64,000 bases of DNA from Octopus sinensis (taxonomy: Eukaryota), in assembly GCF_006345805.1 (NCBI RefSeq), contig NC_043003.1, positions 99,944,001 through 100,008,000 of the forward strand. Direction: 5' to 3'. The notes under the pieces are model-generated. The model made no database searches. It was given only the letters and a program-made list of their open reading frames with translations, and had not been told where the DNA came from. The position numbers and the translations under genes are program-made. Shown here piece by piece: positions 61,811 to 64,000 of the stretch. Numbering within the stretch: the stretch's first letter is position 1; each line of letters starts with the position of its first letter.

Positions 61811-63975
61811 ATTAAGGGTATGATTGAAGCAATTAAGGGTATGAAGCCAGGAAAAGCCCCTGGCTCTAAGCAATTAAGGGTATGCAGCCACGAAAAGCCC
61901 CTGGCCCATCAGGAATCACTGCTGAGATGCTTAAAACATCTGGTGGTGTGGGCTATGGCCTAGTCAACCGCATTGTAAACCAGGTAGTTCATAATGGAGT
62001 CATACCCAATGACTGGCGTAGCAGCACCATAGTCAATTGATACAAGGGTAAAGGTGATGCTCTAGATAGGAATAACTACAGGGGTATTAAACTGCTGGAT
62101 CAGGTGATGAAGGTCACAGAGAGGGTCATAGCCCTTCTCATTAGGGAAAGAGTCTGCTAAGATGAGATGCAGTTTGGTTTTGTGCCAGGTAGAAGCACCA
62201 CTGATACCATATTCCTGGTTCAACAACTGCAGGAGAAATACCTAGCTAAAGATAAACCCCTCTACATAGCTTTCGAGGACTTGGAGAAAGCCTTTGACAG
62301 GGTCCCCTGATCCCTTATCTGGTGGGTGATGCGGAAACTGGAGATTGACGAATGGTTAATAAGGGCTGTACAGGCCGTCAGCAAGGTTAGGACTGGCAAT
62401 GAGTATAGTGAAGAATTCCAGGTAGAAGTAGGAGTCCACCAAGGTTCAGCCCTCAGTCCCCTTTTATTCATCATAGTCCTCCAGGCAATAACAGGAATTC
62501 AAGATGGGTTGCCCCTGGGAGCTCCTCTATGCTGATGACCTGGCCCTCATAGCAGAATCACTACTGGAACTAGAAAAGAAACTTCGGGTGTGGAAGCTAG
62601 GTTTAGAATCAAAAGGCCTTAGAGTCAATGTAGCAAAGACCAAAGTTCTAGTAAGTAGGAAGGCAAACACACCACACACCACTTCAGGTAGGTGACCCTG
62701 CTCGATCTGTAGAAAAGGTGTAGGTAGAAACTTCATAAGATGTACCCAGTGTAAGCTATGGACACATAAGAGGTGCAGCACCATCAAAGGAAAATTAACT
62801 GAGAAGATAGCTTTTGTGTGCGGCAGATGCACCGGGGCAATAGACACCATTGATACTCAGAAAACAGATTCCATTACACTCCTAGAGGAAAAACTAGAAG
62901 TAGTTGATAGCTTCCGCTACCTAGGTAACCAAGTTAGTAGTGGGGGTGGATGCTCAGAGAGTGTTACCTCTAGTATAAGAATAGCCTGGGCAAAGTTTAG
63001 AAAGCTCCTACCCCTACTGGTGACAAAGGGTCTCTCGCTCAGAGTGAAAGGTAGATTGTACGACATGTGTGCAAACTGCCATGCTTCACGGTAGTGAAAC
63101 ATGGGCTGTGACTGCAGAGGACATGCATAGACTTGAAAGAAATGAAGCTAGCATGATCTGCTGGATGTGTAATGTCAGTGTGCATACTCGACAGAGTGTA
63201 AATGCCCTGAGAGAAATGCTGGACATAAGAAGCATCAGATGTGGTGTGCAAGAGAGACATTTGCATTGGTATGGTCATGTACTACGGACGGATGAGGAGA
63301 GATGTGTGAAGAAGTACCTGTCCCAAACAGTTGAAGGAATCCGGGGTAGAGGTAGACCCAGGAAGACATGGCCTTCAAATGTTGGGTCTCACAGAGGCAA
63401 TGATGAAAGACCAAGACCTCTAGAGATATGCTGTGACTGCGAAGACCCAACAAATAACGTGAGTTCATGGCTGTTTCCTACACCAGCTTCACGTAGAAGC
63501 CCCAGCCCATCCAAAGTGCCTTGGATCGCAGGACGGACTGCTGTGCTTACCTTGGATCATAGGGTGACCTGCTGTGCTTCAGGAGACCTATTGAGTCAAG
63601 TACATCAATATCAAAAAATCAAATAGAAATTGTAGTTGTGATACCTGTACCGGTGACATGTAAAAAGCACCATCCGAATGTGGCCAATGCCAGCGCCATC
63701 TTGACTGGCTTCTGTGCCTGTGGCACGTAAAAAGCACCAACCGATCGTGGCCATTGCTAGCCTCACCTGGCATGTGTTGGCTCGTAAAAAGCATCCACTA
63801 CACTCACGGAGTGGTTGGCATTAGAAAGAGCATCCAGCTGTAGAAACACTGCCTGATCAGACTGGAGCCTGGCGCAGCCTCCTGGCGCAGCCTCCTGGCT
63901 TCCCACACCCTGGTCAAACCGTCCAACCCATGCTAGCATGGAAAACGGACGTTAAACAATGATGATGATGATATA
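61811..63975 (+). mobile_element. 5'-truncated RTE-clade LINE (RT with PHD finger, 3' UTR, (ATG)n tail); decayed
   Basis: KAPGPSGITAEMLK, NNYRGIKLL, QFGFVPGRSTTD, DLEKAFDRV, HQGSALSPLLF, LLYADD, LHGSETW; ends ggacgttaaacaatgatgatgatgat. Confidence 0.92.
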
Positions 63976-64000
63976 CATGTATGTGTGTGTGCATGCATGG

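Noticed and set aside
1-64000. Fanzor/TnpB-like RNA-guided nuclease or other prokaryote-type defence system
   Set aside because: No RuvC-like ORF or IS-type ends recognised in the ORF track. Detection by eye is limited; an HMM scan of six-frame translations would be decisive.

Overview
Eukaryotic, AT-rich, repeat-dense genomic DNA, most likely an octopus/coleoid cephalopod (inferred from repeat content and intron style; not verified). Two conserved housekeeping genes were rebuilt exon by exon from splice sites and reading phase and lie head-to-head. BLOC1S2 (BLOC-1/BORC subunit 2) is on the minus strand: 5 coding exons, 27365->11248, 151 aa. RNF181 (RING-H2 E3 ligase) is on the plus strand: 6 coding exons, 38976->59836, 156 aa, with a first intron that needs a non-canonical GC donor. 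The rest is a mosaic of mostly decayed transposons (RTE-clade LINEs, an L1/Tx1 LINE, Penelope-like remnants, Ty3/Gypsy, CR1-like, two piggyBac, hAT, mariner, non-autonomous Helitrons, MITEs, SINEs) plus microsatellites. The most interesting unannotated signals are: (i) an apparently intact type I hammerhead ribozyme inside a small element with perfect 82-bp inverted repeats and a 40-bp palindrome, with decayed relatives nearby; (ii) LINE reverse transcriptases carrying extra zinc modules (an internal C4HC3 PHD finger, and a triple C2H2 array); (iii) RNA-processing oddities in both host genes. No CRISPR array, tRNA/rRNA gene or Fanzor/TnpB-like ORF was recognised. All calls are from reading the sequence by eye; no database searches were run.
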